A stretch of DNA of 64,000 nt, from positions 1,611 through 65,610 of the forward strand of contig JAFQCY010000071.1 in NCBI GenBank assembly GCA_017399355.1, written 5' to 3'. This document shows positions 1 to 8,026 of this stretch, in pieces. How positions within the stretch are numbered: position 1 is the first letter of the stretch; the number at the start of each line of letters is the position of its first letter. Both the position numbers and the translations under genes were made by a program. Below the pieces are notes generated by a model. That model had not been told where the DNA came from. It worked only from the letters and a program-made list of their open reading frames with translations, and searched no databases. Source of the stretch: Oscillospiraceae bacterium (GTDB lineage Bacteria > Bacillota > Clostridia > Oscillospirales > Oscillospiraceae).

Positions 1-3000
1 GCCATTATCATGGAGGCTCATAACCATCTGCTTGAACTCATTCACACGGACATTGCCGTCAAATGCGTTGGTGGAGTAGCTGCCTTCGGGCACATTGTAG
101 TTCTTGGGATCGTAGCCCCAGTTGAACTGCGCCTCATCGCTGGACTCGTCAACCGTGGCATAATCATACACGGGCAGCAGATGCAGATGGGTGATGCCCA
201 GATACTTCAGGTGATCCAGACCGGTGGGCGTGCCATTGGCAGTAGTCGTGCCGCTTTCGGTGAAGGCAAGGTACTTGCCACGGTTGGCCTCGGAAACACC
301 GGAGCTGTCATCGATGGAGAAATCTCGGACATGGAGCTCATAGAGGACGGCATCGGTGTAGGAGGTAATGGGGTTGGGGTTAGTGTCCTGATCCCAGCCT
401 TCGGGATCGGTGGAATCCAGGTCAACGACCATGGCGCGGTTGCCGTTTACACCGGTAGTACGGGCATAGGGATCGCAGGCCTCTACGGTTTCGCCATTTA
501 CGGTAACCTCGTAGGTGTAATACACATTCTTGAGGTCAGAACGAACAGTTACAATCCACTCGCCCTTGTTACTTTTGTTGGTATTACTCATGGGGTAGGT
601 GCCAATAACAGATGCGCCTTCCTCGGCATCACTGCCGGTAGCGTAAAGCTTTACATTGACACTTTCTGCCGTGGGCGCCCAAACTTTGAAAGTGGTGCTG
701 TTGGTAGTATAGGTAGCGCCCAGGTCACCGCCGGTATAGGTATACTCTTCTGCGAACTTATCGGAAGCATACACGCCAACAATTCCGATTGCATAATCGT
801 AATCTGTAAACTTCACCTGTTCGTTAAAGCGGACAGAATAACGGTAGAGAGTGACCAGATCCATAGGCTGCGCAAGGGTAAAGGTATAGCTGTTACCCAA
901 AGAAGTCATTCCATCGGAAATATTCACTTCGACAGCTTTGCCGGTAGCGGGATCGGTATACCAGAAGGAGAATGCGGTCTCGGGATCGCTGACAGACTTG
1001 GTAGTAGTAACGGTGACAGTGTTATTATCATAGTCAAAGTTTACCTGAGATACCTTGTTCCAGGTAACCAGATCCTCAGACTTGGTCTGATAGACAGAAA
1101 GAGAACCATCGGAATTCACCGTAACGTACATATCAATGGTGCCGGAGACGATATTGGAAAGGTCAACACTCTGGGTTGCCAGCTGGGAGACCCACTTATT
1201 GGAGCCTACGCTCTTGCGGATAATGAAGCTGATATAGTTAGTGGCACGGCCTTCTACTTCAATAGTAGTCGTATGCGCACTATTAAAGTCAAACTGCTCA
1301 GCAAAATTCAGGGACCAGGCATGGACATTCCAGTTGTCATAATTGCCGTCCGCTCTGTTGTAATGAATATTAAGGGTAACGGTGTTGTCATCCAGGGAGG
1401 GATCGCTGATGAGGAATGCGCTGTTATCATTGGAGATCCAGGTGTTGCAGGGGTCGGTGATCCATTCCTCGTTTACGACAAACTTATATTCGTAGATGCC
1501 GTAGTCTAGATCCTCCAGGGTAACGCTGAATACACCATAGGAATTGGGGGTCATGGTATAGCCCTCTTCCCAGTTGTTCATAGAGCCATAGAGGGTCACG
1601 GTATCGGAGGTGCTGCCCTTATACTTAAAGGTAACCGTGCGATCCTTGACAATGGGACTGATGGCAATTGCTTCGGGAGAGGAGACGATATCGGCATAAT
1701 ACTTGCCTTCTAAGTCGGTGGTGGTGGGAACGACCCACTTCTCGGCGACACCGTCGACAAAATCGCTTGCCTTCAGAGCAAGGTCAACCGTCTGACTGCT
1801 GCCGGAGAAAATGAAATTCAAGCCCTGCCCTGCAATGGCCTGATAGCTCATCTCAACGGAGTAGAAACCATCTTCATCCTGGCCGGCAAGAACACCGGGC
1901 CAGCCGCCATTGGAATAAGCGCCCCAGGTATAGAGGTATACGCTGCCCCAGTTATGCAGGTTTGCGAAATGGAGCTTGACGGTATAGTCAGACAACTCTA
2001 CGCTGCCGTCTTCCCAGGTGGCAGGAGCGGTGTTGGTCAGGCCGCCATCGTACCAATACTCGCCGGACTTAATAACCGTAATATCGCCGGTCTGGCTGGT
2101 ACCGTCATTAAAGATGAAGCCCACGCCGCTCTCCGCATTAATATCAGAAACGGAAAGGGTGTACCAGTTGGGATGACCTTCGGTCTCGGTCAGCTCCTCG
2201 CCGGGCCATGCGCCATTATAGACTTCGTTGGTAGCAAAGTTCCAGGCATAGCCATTGACGGTGCTCCAGGCGCCGGTATTGCGGTAATGCACCGTGGCAT
2301 AAGTAACGGGAACAGCTTCCTCGCCGGTAGGTACAACAGAAGTGGTAATGGTGTAGGTGCTGGGATTGAAATAGATGGTGACGTCACTGATTTCGGTAAC
2401 GGTCAGAACGTAGTTTCCATCGGGATCGCCGCTGGAATAATCGCCCCAGCAGTTGCTCCAGGAGCCATCCGTAACCTTAAAGAGCAGATTGCAAACCGGT
2501 ACGCTCTCATAGGTCTTCTCATAGATACCGGTGGCAGTATTGAGTACCATGGCATTTGCAGTATTGCTTACATCCCATGCGGTGCCGAAGACGAAGCTGT
2601 TGTTACCTGCGATGATGTAGGCATAATCGCTGACCACAGGATCATCCGGCTCATCTGTGCCACTGACGGAGGGCGTGTAGTTACTCCAGGTGCCCTCAGC
2701 ACCAGCCCAATCCCACTGGGTGGCATCGTCCATGGTGAAGCAGTTGTAAGCAACGTTCAGGGTCTGATCCAGAGACTGATTGAACTTGTTCTCCCAGACA
2801 TTCTCCGTAGAGGTGCCGTCCATACGGACGAAGATCACCTTGGTAAAGTTGCCCTCGGGAATGGTTGTCTCAAAATAGCCATCTTCATCGGAATCGACCA
2901 GATCGGCCCAGGCATAGGTCTCATCATCAATGAAGAAGTAGGCCGCATAGCGAGCAGCATCGCTGCCCCACTGGCTGCCGGGGACGAAGTAAATGGTCGT

Positions 3001-3519
3001 ACCGGCTGCGGGAGGGGTAACGGTCTCGCCGCTGTCGTCTCCACCGGTATTGCCGCCGCCTGCGGGGGTATAAGCGGACCAGGCACCGCCGCCCTTATCC
3101 CAGGTGTTTTCCATTACGGTGTAGCAGTTATTGGAGCCGCTGGTGGGAACAACAAGGTCTGCAGTCTGATTCCACTTGGTATCCCAGGAGTTAACGGCCG
3201 AAGTGGGGTTCATGCGGCAGAAAATCACATTGGCATAGTCCCCATCAGGGATCGTCACTTCATAGTAACCATCGGAATCACTATCCTTCATGTCGACCCA
3301 CAGAATTCCCGCCGTGCCAAAGAAATAGGCAGCAAAACGGGCGTTGGCTTGAAGCCAGTTGCCATTGGGCTTCAGGTACAGAGTGTCCCCTGCTGTGGCA
3401 GCATCAGCACTATGGCTTACCGCAGGCACAAAGGCCAGCACCATGGCCAGGGCCAGGCACAGGCTCAGGAGACGCTTTCCCACACCGGATGTGTGGAAAC
3501 GTTTCAGTAGATACATCAT
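1..3519 (-). CDS. pulA: Secreted multi-modular type I pullulanase (GH13); 3' end lies beyond the left edge (>=1173 aa)
   Basis: Hand translation of the minus strand from ATG 3519 (SD AGGAGG at 3532-3537) stays open to position 1. Signal peptide KRLLSLCLALAMVLAFVPAVSHSADA; several starch-binding-like modules; DLGATY..TFKVWAPTA; YELHVRDFS; LGITHLHLLPVYD; pullulanase signature FNWGYDPKNYNVPEGSY (~76-126). Not in the ORF track, presumably because there is no stop in the window. Confidence 0.92.
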   Translation of the reverse strand, partial: MMYLLKRFHTSGVGKRLLSLCLALAMVLAFVPAVSHSADAATAGDTLYLKPNGNWLQANARFAAYFFGTAGILWVDMKDSDSDGYYEVTIPDGDYANVIFCRMNPTSAVNSWDTKWNQTADLVVPTSGSNNCYTVMENTWDKGGGAWSAYTPAGGGNTGGDDSGETVTPPAAGTTIYFVPGSQWGSDAARYAAYFFIDDETYAWADLVDSDEDGYFETTIPEGNFTKVIFVRMDGTSTENVWENKFNQSLDQTLNVAYNCFTMDDATQWDWAGAEGTWSNYTPSVSGTDEPDDPVVSDYAYIIAGNNSFVFGTAWDVSNTANAMVLNTATGIYEKTYESVPVCNLLFKVTDGSWSNCWGDYSSGDPDGNYVLTVTEISDVTIYFNPSTYTITTSVVPTGEEAVPVTYATVHYRNTGAWSTVNGYAWNFATNEVYNGAWPGEELTETEGHPNWYTLSVSDINAESGVGFIFNDGTSQTGDITVIKSGEYWYDGGLTNTAPATWEDGSVELSDYTVKLHFANLHNWGSVYLYTWGAYSNGGWPGVLAGQDEDGFYSVEMSYQAIAGQGLNFIFSGSSQTVDLALKASDFVDGVAEKWVVPTTTDLEGKYYADIVSSPEAIAISPIVKDRTVTFKYKGSTSDTVTLYGSMNNWEEGYTMTPNSYGVFSVTLEDLDYGIYEYKFVVNEEWITDPCNTWISNDNSAFLISDPSLDDNTVTLNIHYNRADGNYDNWNVHAWSLNFAEQFDFNSAHTTTIEVEGRATNYISFIIRKSVGSNKWVSQLATQSVDLSNIVSGTIDMYVTVNSDGSLSVYQTKSEDLVTWNKVSQVNFDYDNNTVTVTTTKSVSDPETAFSFWYTDPATGKAVEVNISDGMTSLGNSYTFTLAQPMDLVTLYRYSVRFNEQVKFTDYDYAIGIVGVYASDKFAEEYTYTGGDLGATYTTNSTTFKVWAPTAESVNVKLYATGSDAEEGASVIGTYPMSNTNKSNKGEWIVTVRSDLKNVYYTYEVTVNGETVEACDPYARTTGVNGNRAMVVDLDSTDPEGWDQDTNPNPITSYTDAVLYELHVRDFSIDDSSGVSEANRGKYLAFTESGTTTANGTPTGLDHLKYLGITHLHLLPVYDYATVDESSDEAQFNWGYDPKNYNVPEGSYSTNAFDGNVRVNEFKQMVMSLHDNG

Positions 3520-3570
3520 ACGCTATCATGTCCTCCTATTATTATTTGTTGACGCAAATAGACATAGTAA

Positions 3571-3599
3571 ATTATACACAATAGTCCATGAAGATACAA
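3571..3599 (-). promoter_or_regulatory. Putative sigmaA promoter of the pullulanase gene
   Basis: TTGTAT-N17-TATAAT on the minus strand, ~50 nt upstream of the ATG. Confidence 0.7.
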
Positions 3600-3664
3600 G
3601 ATGGTAGATTTCCTGATTTTTTCCATAAATTTTGTGCATTTTGCTAATTTTAAAGGTGAAAAGT

Positions 3665-3693
3665 CAGCGATCCACCGAAAAAGTGGATCGCTG
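3665..3693 (-). terminator. Intrinsic terminator after htpG
   Basis: 11-bp perfect stem CAGCGATCCAC/GTGGATCGCTG just after the htpG stop, followed by ACTTTT on the minus strand. Confidence 0.75.
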
Positions 3694-3699
3694 TGATAC

Positions 3700-5583
3700 T
3701 TATATCAGTTCCAAAACAAGTGCCGTATAAGCAGAGGGGTCTTCAATGCTAAGGTTAGCCATGAGCAAGCCCTGGCAATACAGCAATTCCGTCAGCTTCC
3801 CTGCCCTACCGGGATCTTCAGAGATCAGATCCTTGATTTGCAGTACTGCTTTATGATCGGCATTGATCTGCAGGATCCGGCCGGCCCGATAGTCGGATTC
3901 GGGGTTGATGCTACGGAAGTATTTCTCCATTTCGAAGCTCATGCCGCCATCGGGGATCATTGCCACGGCGCAATCACCAAGATCAGCAGACAGGCGAACA
4001 TCCACGACCTTTTCTCCGAGAGCATCCTTCATAAATTGAAGGACTTCCTTCAGCTCTTCAGCCTTCTCCTCGGCCTGCTTTTTCTCTGCATCGGTTGCCA
4101 GCTCGAGGTCATCGGTGAGAATATTCTTGAAGCTCTTTTCTTCGTAGTTACGCAGGGTCTGGGGGATAAACTCATCAACCTGCTCTGTCAGAAGCAGTAC
4201 GTCAAAGCCCCGATCGGAAAGGAGCTTGGTCTGCGGAAGTCTGGAAAGCTGCTCTGCAGTACCGCCGGTCACATAATAAAGATGCTTCTGAGACTCCGGC
4301 TTATTGGCGCAGTATTCCTTCAGCGAGATCAGCTTGTTCTCTTTCGCCGAATGGAACAGAACCAGATCCTGCAGCAGTTCTTTGTGCATACCGTAGTCAG
4401 AGACCAAGCCATACTTCAGCTGTCTGCCAAATGCGGCATAGAATTTTTCATAGGTCTCACGGTCATTTTCCTGAATACGGAGAAGCTCTGCCTTGATCTT
4501 CTTCTCCAAATTGGAAGAGATGGTCTTCAGCTCACGGGTATGCTGCAGCATCTCACGGCTGATATTCAGGCTCAGATCCTGCGTGTCGACCACGCCACGG
4601 ACAAAGCGGAAATGCTCCGGAAGCAGATCCTCGCAGTGATCCATGATCATAACGCCGGAGGAATAGAGCTGCAGACCGGATTTGTAATCCTTGGTATAGA
4701 AATCGTAAGGAGCTTTTGAGGGAATATACAAAAGAGCCTTGTAGGTCACACTGCCTTCTACGCTGATATGGACGATCCCCGCAGGTGCCTCATAGTCATA
4801 AAACTTCTCACGGTAGAAGCTCTCATACTCCTCTTTACTGACGTCCTTCTTATTCTTTTGCCAAAGAGGAACCATGGAATTCAGGGTCTGAAGTGTTTTG
4901 ACCGTTTCGTATTCGGGTTCTTCCGCATCGGGATCCAGGGGGCGGCGCTCCTCTACTTCCATCTTAACCGGATAACGAATATAATCAGAATATTTCTTTA
5001 CCAAAGAGCGCAGCCGGTACTCAGAGAGGAAGTCGGAAAAGTTCTCGGCCTCGGTGTCTTCCTTCAGCTTCATGATGATCTGCGTGCCGGCTGTTTCTTT
5101 TTCGCAAGAAGTGATGGTATAGCCGTCAGCACCGGAGGATTCCCATTTCCATGCGGTATCCTCGCCGAACTTCCTGGAGAGAACGGTAACAGCTTCCGCA
5201 ACCATAAAGGCAGAGTAGAAGCCAACACCGAACTGACCAATGATATCGATGTCATCCGTCTTCTCCATCTCGGTTTTGAACTTCAAAGAGCCGCTATGGG
5301 CAATGGTGCCCAGATTCTCTTCCATCTCGGCCTTGCTCATGCCGATGCCGTTATCTGAAACGGTCAGCGTACGGCTTTCCCGGTCAACCTCCAGAAGGAT
5401 CTCGAAATCGTCGCGACTCATACCGACAGAGTCATCGGTAAGGGCAAGATATGCCAGCTTGTCGATGGCATCTGAAGCATTGGAGATCAGTTCACGGAGA
5501 AAGATCTCCTTATGGGTATAAATAGAATTGATCATCAGGTCAAGCAAACGCTTGCTTTCTGCTTTAAACTGCAGCTTTTCCAT
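3700..5583 (-). CDS. htpG: Chaperone HtpG (Hsp90)
   Basis: FLRELISNASDAIDK, DNGIGM, IGQFGVGFYSAF, LNISREMLQ motifs. Confidence 0.97.
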   Translation of the reverse strand: MEKLQFKAESKRLLDLMINSIYTHKEIFLRELISNASDAIDKLAYLALTDDSVGMSRDDFEILLEVDRESRTLTVSDNGIGMSKAEMEENLGTIAHSGSLKFKTEMEKTDDIDIIGQFGVGFYSAFMVAEAVTVLSRKFGEDTAWKWESSGADGYTITSCEKETAGTQIIMKLKEDTEAENFSDFLSEYRLRSLVKKYSDYIRYPVKMEVEERRPLDPDAEEPEYETVKTLQTLNSMVPLWQKNKKDVSKEEYESFYREKFYDYEAPAGIVHISVEGSVTYKALLYIPSKAPYDFYTKDYKSGLQLYSSGVMIMDHCEDLLPEHFRFVRGVVDTQDLSLNISREMLQHTRELKTISSNLEKKIKAELLRIQENDRETYEKFYAAFGRQLKYGLVSDYGMHKELLQDLVLFHSAKENKLISLKEYCANKPESQKHLYYVTGGTAEQLSRLPQTKLLSDRGFDVLLLTEQVDEFIPQTLRNYEEKSFKNILTDDLELATDAEKKQAEEKAEELKEVLQFMKDALGEKVVDVRLSADLGDCAVAMIPDGGMSFEMEKYFRSINPESDYRAGRILQINADHKAVLQIKDLISEDPGRAGKLTELLYCQGLLMANLSIEDPSAYTALVLELI

Positions 5584-5610
5584 GTATTTACTCGTCTTCC
5601 TTTGCTAATA

Positions 5611-5637
5611 TTAGCACTCGAAGCGCTTGAGTGCTAA
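5611..5637. promoter_or_regulatory. CIRCE element (HrcA operator)
   Basis: Exact TTAGCACTC-N9-GAGTGCTAA between the htpG promoter and start codon. Confidence 0.96.
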
Positions 5638-5641
5638 AGCT

Positions 5642-5669
5642 ATTATAGCGCAATTTCTTAAAAATGCAA
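5642..5669 (-). promoter_or_regulatory. Putative sigmaA promoter of htpG
   Basis: TTGCAT-N16-TATAAT on the minus strand, immediately upstream of CIRCE. Confidence 0.7.
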
Positions 5670-5692
5670 GAGACTTTACAAAGAATTCATAA

Positions 5693-6088
5693 TTACTCCG
5701 AAATTTCCTCTTCTGTTACGCATTGAGACTTCAGCTTGCCTACAAGATAATCCAGAGCTGCTGTAACATGAGGGCGGATATCCCCACCGATGAGGACATA
5801 CATAATGTCCTCCCCCGGCTCCAAAAGGCCGGAGTTCAGCCAGGCACGGACATAGTAAATCCCCTCTAAGGCGTAGGTGCTTTCAACAGCTTCAGCGACT
5901 CGATCCGGATCATAGGAAAACAGCATTTTCCGAACCGGCGGCAACCCGATTTGCTTTTCACGAACCTCTGCTTTCGGTGTGGCACGGACAACACCGTTAT
6001 GAAAGAGATACATCCCGATCTTCTGGGCATTTGGCTGTTTCTTTGCTTCCCGGATCCACTGATCCATAGAAGGACTCTGCTGCTTCAT
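5693..6088 (-). CDS. moaE: Molybdopterin synthase catalytic subunit MoaE-like (short form)
   Basis: GMYLFHNGVVR, G.LEPGEDIMYVLIGGDIR motifs; last gene of the Moco cluster. Start placed at ATG 6088 (GGAGG SD). Confidence 0.8.
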   Translation of the reverse strand: MKQQSPSMDQWIREAKKQPNAQKIGMYLFHNGVVRATPKAEVREKQIGLPPVRKMLFSYDPDRVAEAVESTYALEGIYYVRAWLNSGLLEPGEDIMYVLIGGDIRPHVTAALDYLVGKLKSQCVTEEEISE

Positions 6089-6089
6089 C

Positions 6090-6584
6090 TTAACCTCCAC
6101 AATTCGCCGATCCACCGCTACAGAGCATATCCACACCGTGCTTTAAGGCAGGCAGCACCACCAGCAGATTCTCTTCCGATGCCTTCTTGCTGCCGGGCAG
6201 ATTGATAATCAGGCTCTGCAGGTAGATTCCGGAGACACCCCTGCTGAGGCAGCCCTTCGGCGTGATCCGCATACTCTCCGCACGCATGGCCTCGCTGATC
6301 CCGGGAGTTTGGCGCTGAATGACCTGCAGCGTTGCCTCAGGCGTAATATCCCTGGGAGAAAAGCCGGTTCCGCCCGTGGTCAAAATCAAGGCAGAGGCCA
6401 TATGCTCAGCGCAGTAACGAAGCTGCTTTATAATCTGGGGACTGTCATCCGGCACAATCGCAGAGTAAGCCACCTCCCAGCCATCCTCCCGGAGAATACG
6501 GCAAAGATTTGGGCCGCTGGTATCCACACGCTCACCAACGGAGCATTTATCACTTACTGTGATCACAGCTGCTGTATAGGCCAT
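6090..6584 (-). CDS. mogA: Molybdopterin adenylyltransferase, MogA/MoaB family
   Basis: ITVSD, DTSG, TTGGTGFSPRDITPEAT, INLPGS motifs. Start ATG 6584 with GGAG SD. Confidence 0.9.
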   Translation of the reverse strand: MAYTAAVITVSDKCSVGERVDTSGPNLCRILREDGWEVAYSAIVPDDSPQIIKQLRYCAEHMASALILTTGGTGFSPRDITPEATLQVIQRQTPGISEAMRAESMRITPKGCLSRGVSGIYLQSLIINLPGSKKASEENLLVVLPALKHGVDMLCSGGSANCGG

Positions 6585-7068
6585 AGTCGTTCTCCTTCCT
6601 TTCATAGTCTCCATGAATGCCTCCGGTCTTTCTCAGAAGACGGATCTGATCGATCACCATATCTTTCTGTACTGCCTTGCACATATCATAGATGGTCAAG
6701 GCTGCCACAGAAACAGCGGTCAGTGCCTCCATCTCAACCCCGGTGTGACCGGAGCAACGCACCCGGGCCTCGATCTCTACACAGCAGCGTACTTCATCCA
6801 AGCGCAGAGAGAGATCTACTCCATTGAGCATCAGGGGATGGCACATGGGGATCAGGCTGCTGGTCTGCTTTGCTCCCATAATTCCGGCGATCTGCGCTAC
6901 AGTCAATACATCACCCTTCTTGATGCCGCCGCTGCGGATAAGGTGGAAGGTCTCCCTGGAGAGTAGGATCCGACCGGCCGCTACGGCATCGCGCTGGGTG
7001 GCCTCTTTATCTGTCACGTCTACCATTTTGGCTCTGCCTTCCTCGTTAAAATGTGTAAAGTCAGCCAT
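6550..7068 (-). CDS. moaC: Cyclic pyranopterin monophosphate synthase MoaC
   Basis: FTHF..EGRAKMVDV, LIPMCHPL, TGVEMEALTAVSVAALTIYDMCKA. Confidence 0.96.
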   Translation of the reverse strand: MADFTHFNEEGRAKMVDVTDKEATQRDAVAAGRILLSRETFHLIRSGGIKKGDVLTVAQIAGIMGAKQTSSLIPMCHPLMLNGVDLSLRLDEVRCCVEIEARVRCSGHTGVEMEALTAVSVAALTIYDMCKAVQKDMVIDQIRLLRKTGGIHGDYERKENDYGLYSSCDHSK

Positions 7069-7070
7069 GG

Positions 7071-8024
7071 TCAACCTCCGATTCGATTCATATTTCTGCC
7101 TGCTTCGCTTCTATGGGTAGCGGATAGCACACCGTGGCAGGCCGGTTTTGCCTCGATCGCCTCAAGGAACCGTTCCCGCATTCCCTCAAAGGTTAAGCCC
7201 TTTATGGAGATCTCCTGAGAGGAGTGCAGGCAGGGCTTTAAGTGTCCATCCGCAGTAAGGCGAAGACGGTCACATTTCCCACAAAAATGCTGGCTTAGGG
7301 GCGAGATCAGGCCCACATTCCCCTGCCCGCCCGGCAGACGATAAAGCAGCACATCCTTGCCGTCAAAGGGCAGCTTCTGAAGCTGCGGAAGAACCTGGGT
7401 CACATAGCTGACCGGAAGAAAAGCATCTGCGCCGAACTCATCCTGTTTTTGCATCGGCATCAGCTCAATAAAGCGGACATCCACCGGATATTGCACCGAC
7501 AAGGAAGCCAAGGCCTCCACCTCATCCTGATTAAAACCGCCCACTAAAACGGTATTGACCTTCACCTTTTCAAATCCGGCAGACAGAGCGGCCGCCAAGC
7601 CATCCAAAGCCTGATGCAATTCACCGCACCGGGTGATATGGGCATAGCGCTCCGGACGGAGAGTATCCAGGCTTAGATTGATCCGTTTGACCCCCGCTGC
7701 TTTTAAGGCTGCAGCATACTGAGGTAAAAGCAATCCGTTGGTGGTAAGGCAGAGCTCTTCAATACCGGAGATATCGGCGATCCGCTGGCAAATGGAGAGA
7801 ATGTTTTTCTTGACCAAAGGCTCTCCGCCTGTGATGCGTACCTTTCGTATCCCCAGGGAAGCAGCTGCCTGGACCGCAAGGATCATCTCGTCTTCCGTAA
7901 GCATATCCTCATGCCGCTTTTTGCAGATGCCCTCTTCCGGCATGCAGTAGCGGCAGCGCAGATTACAGCGCTCTGTAACTGAGAGACGGAGATATTCAAT
8001 TTCTCGTCCAAATCGATCTTTCAT
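7071..8024 (-). CDS. moaA: GTP 3',8-cyclase MoaA (radical SAM)
   Basis: MKDRFGR..YLRLSVTERCNLRCRYCMP, second cluster FCGKCDRLR..LKPCL, C-terminal IGG. Confidence 0.97.
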   Translation of the reverse strand: MKDRFGREIEYLRLSVTERCNLRCRYCMPEEGICKKRHEDMLTEDEMILAVQAAASLGIRKVRITGGEPLVKKNILSICQRIADISGIEELCLTTNGLLLPQYAAALKAAGVKRINLSLDTLRPERYAHITRCGELHQALDGLAAALSAGFEKVKVNTVLVGGFNQDEVEALASLSVQYPVDVRFIELMPMQKQDEFGADAFLPVSYVTQVLPQLQKLPFDGKDVLLYRLPGGQGNVGLISPLSQHFCGKCDRLRLTADGHLKPCLHSSQEISIKGLTFEGMRERFLEAIEAKPACHGVLSATHRSEAGRNMNRIGG

Positions 8025-8026
8025 AC

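Noticed and set aside
10-3510. Long plus-strand ORFs 10..1509 (499 aa) and 1954..3510 (518 aa)
   Set aside because: They are antisense shadows of the pullulanase: codon-aligned with the real minus-strand frame and without recognisable motifs.
6550-6584. moaC/mogA 35-nt overlap as a frameshifted fusion
   Set aside because: Both proteins are complete and mogA has its own SD and ATG.
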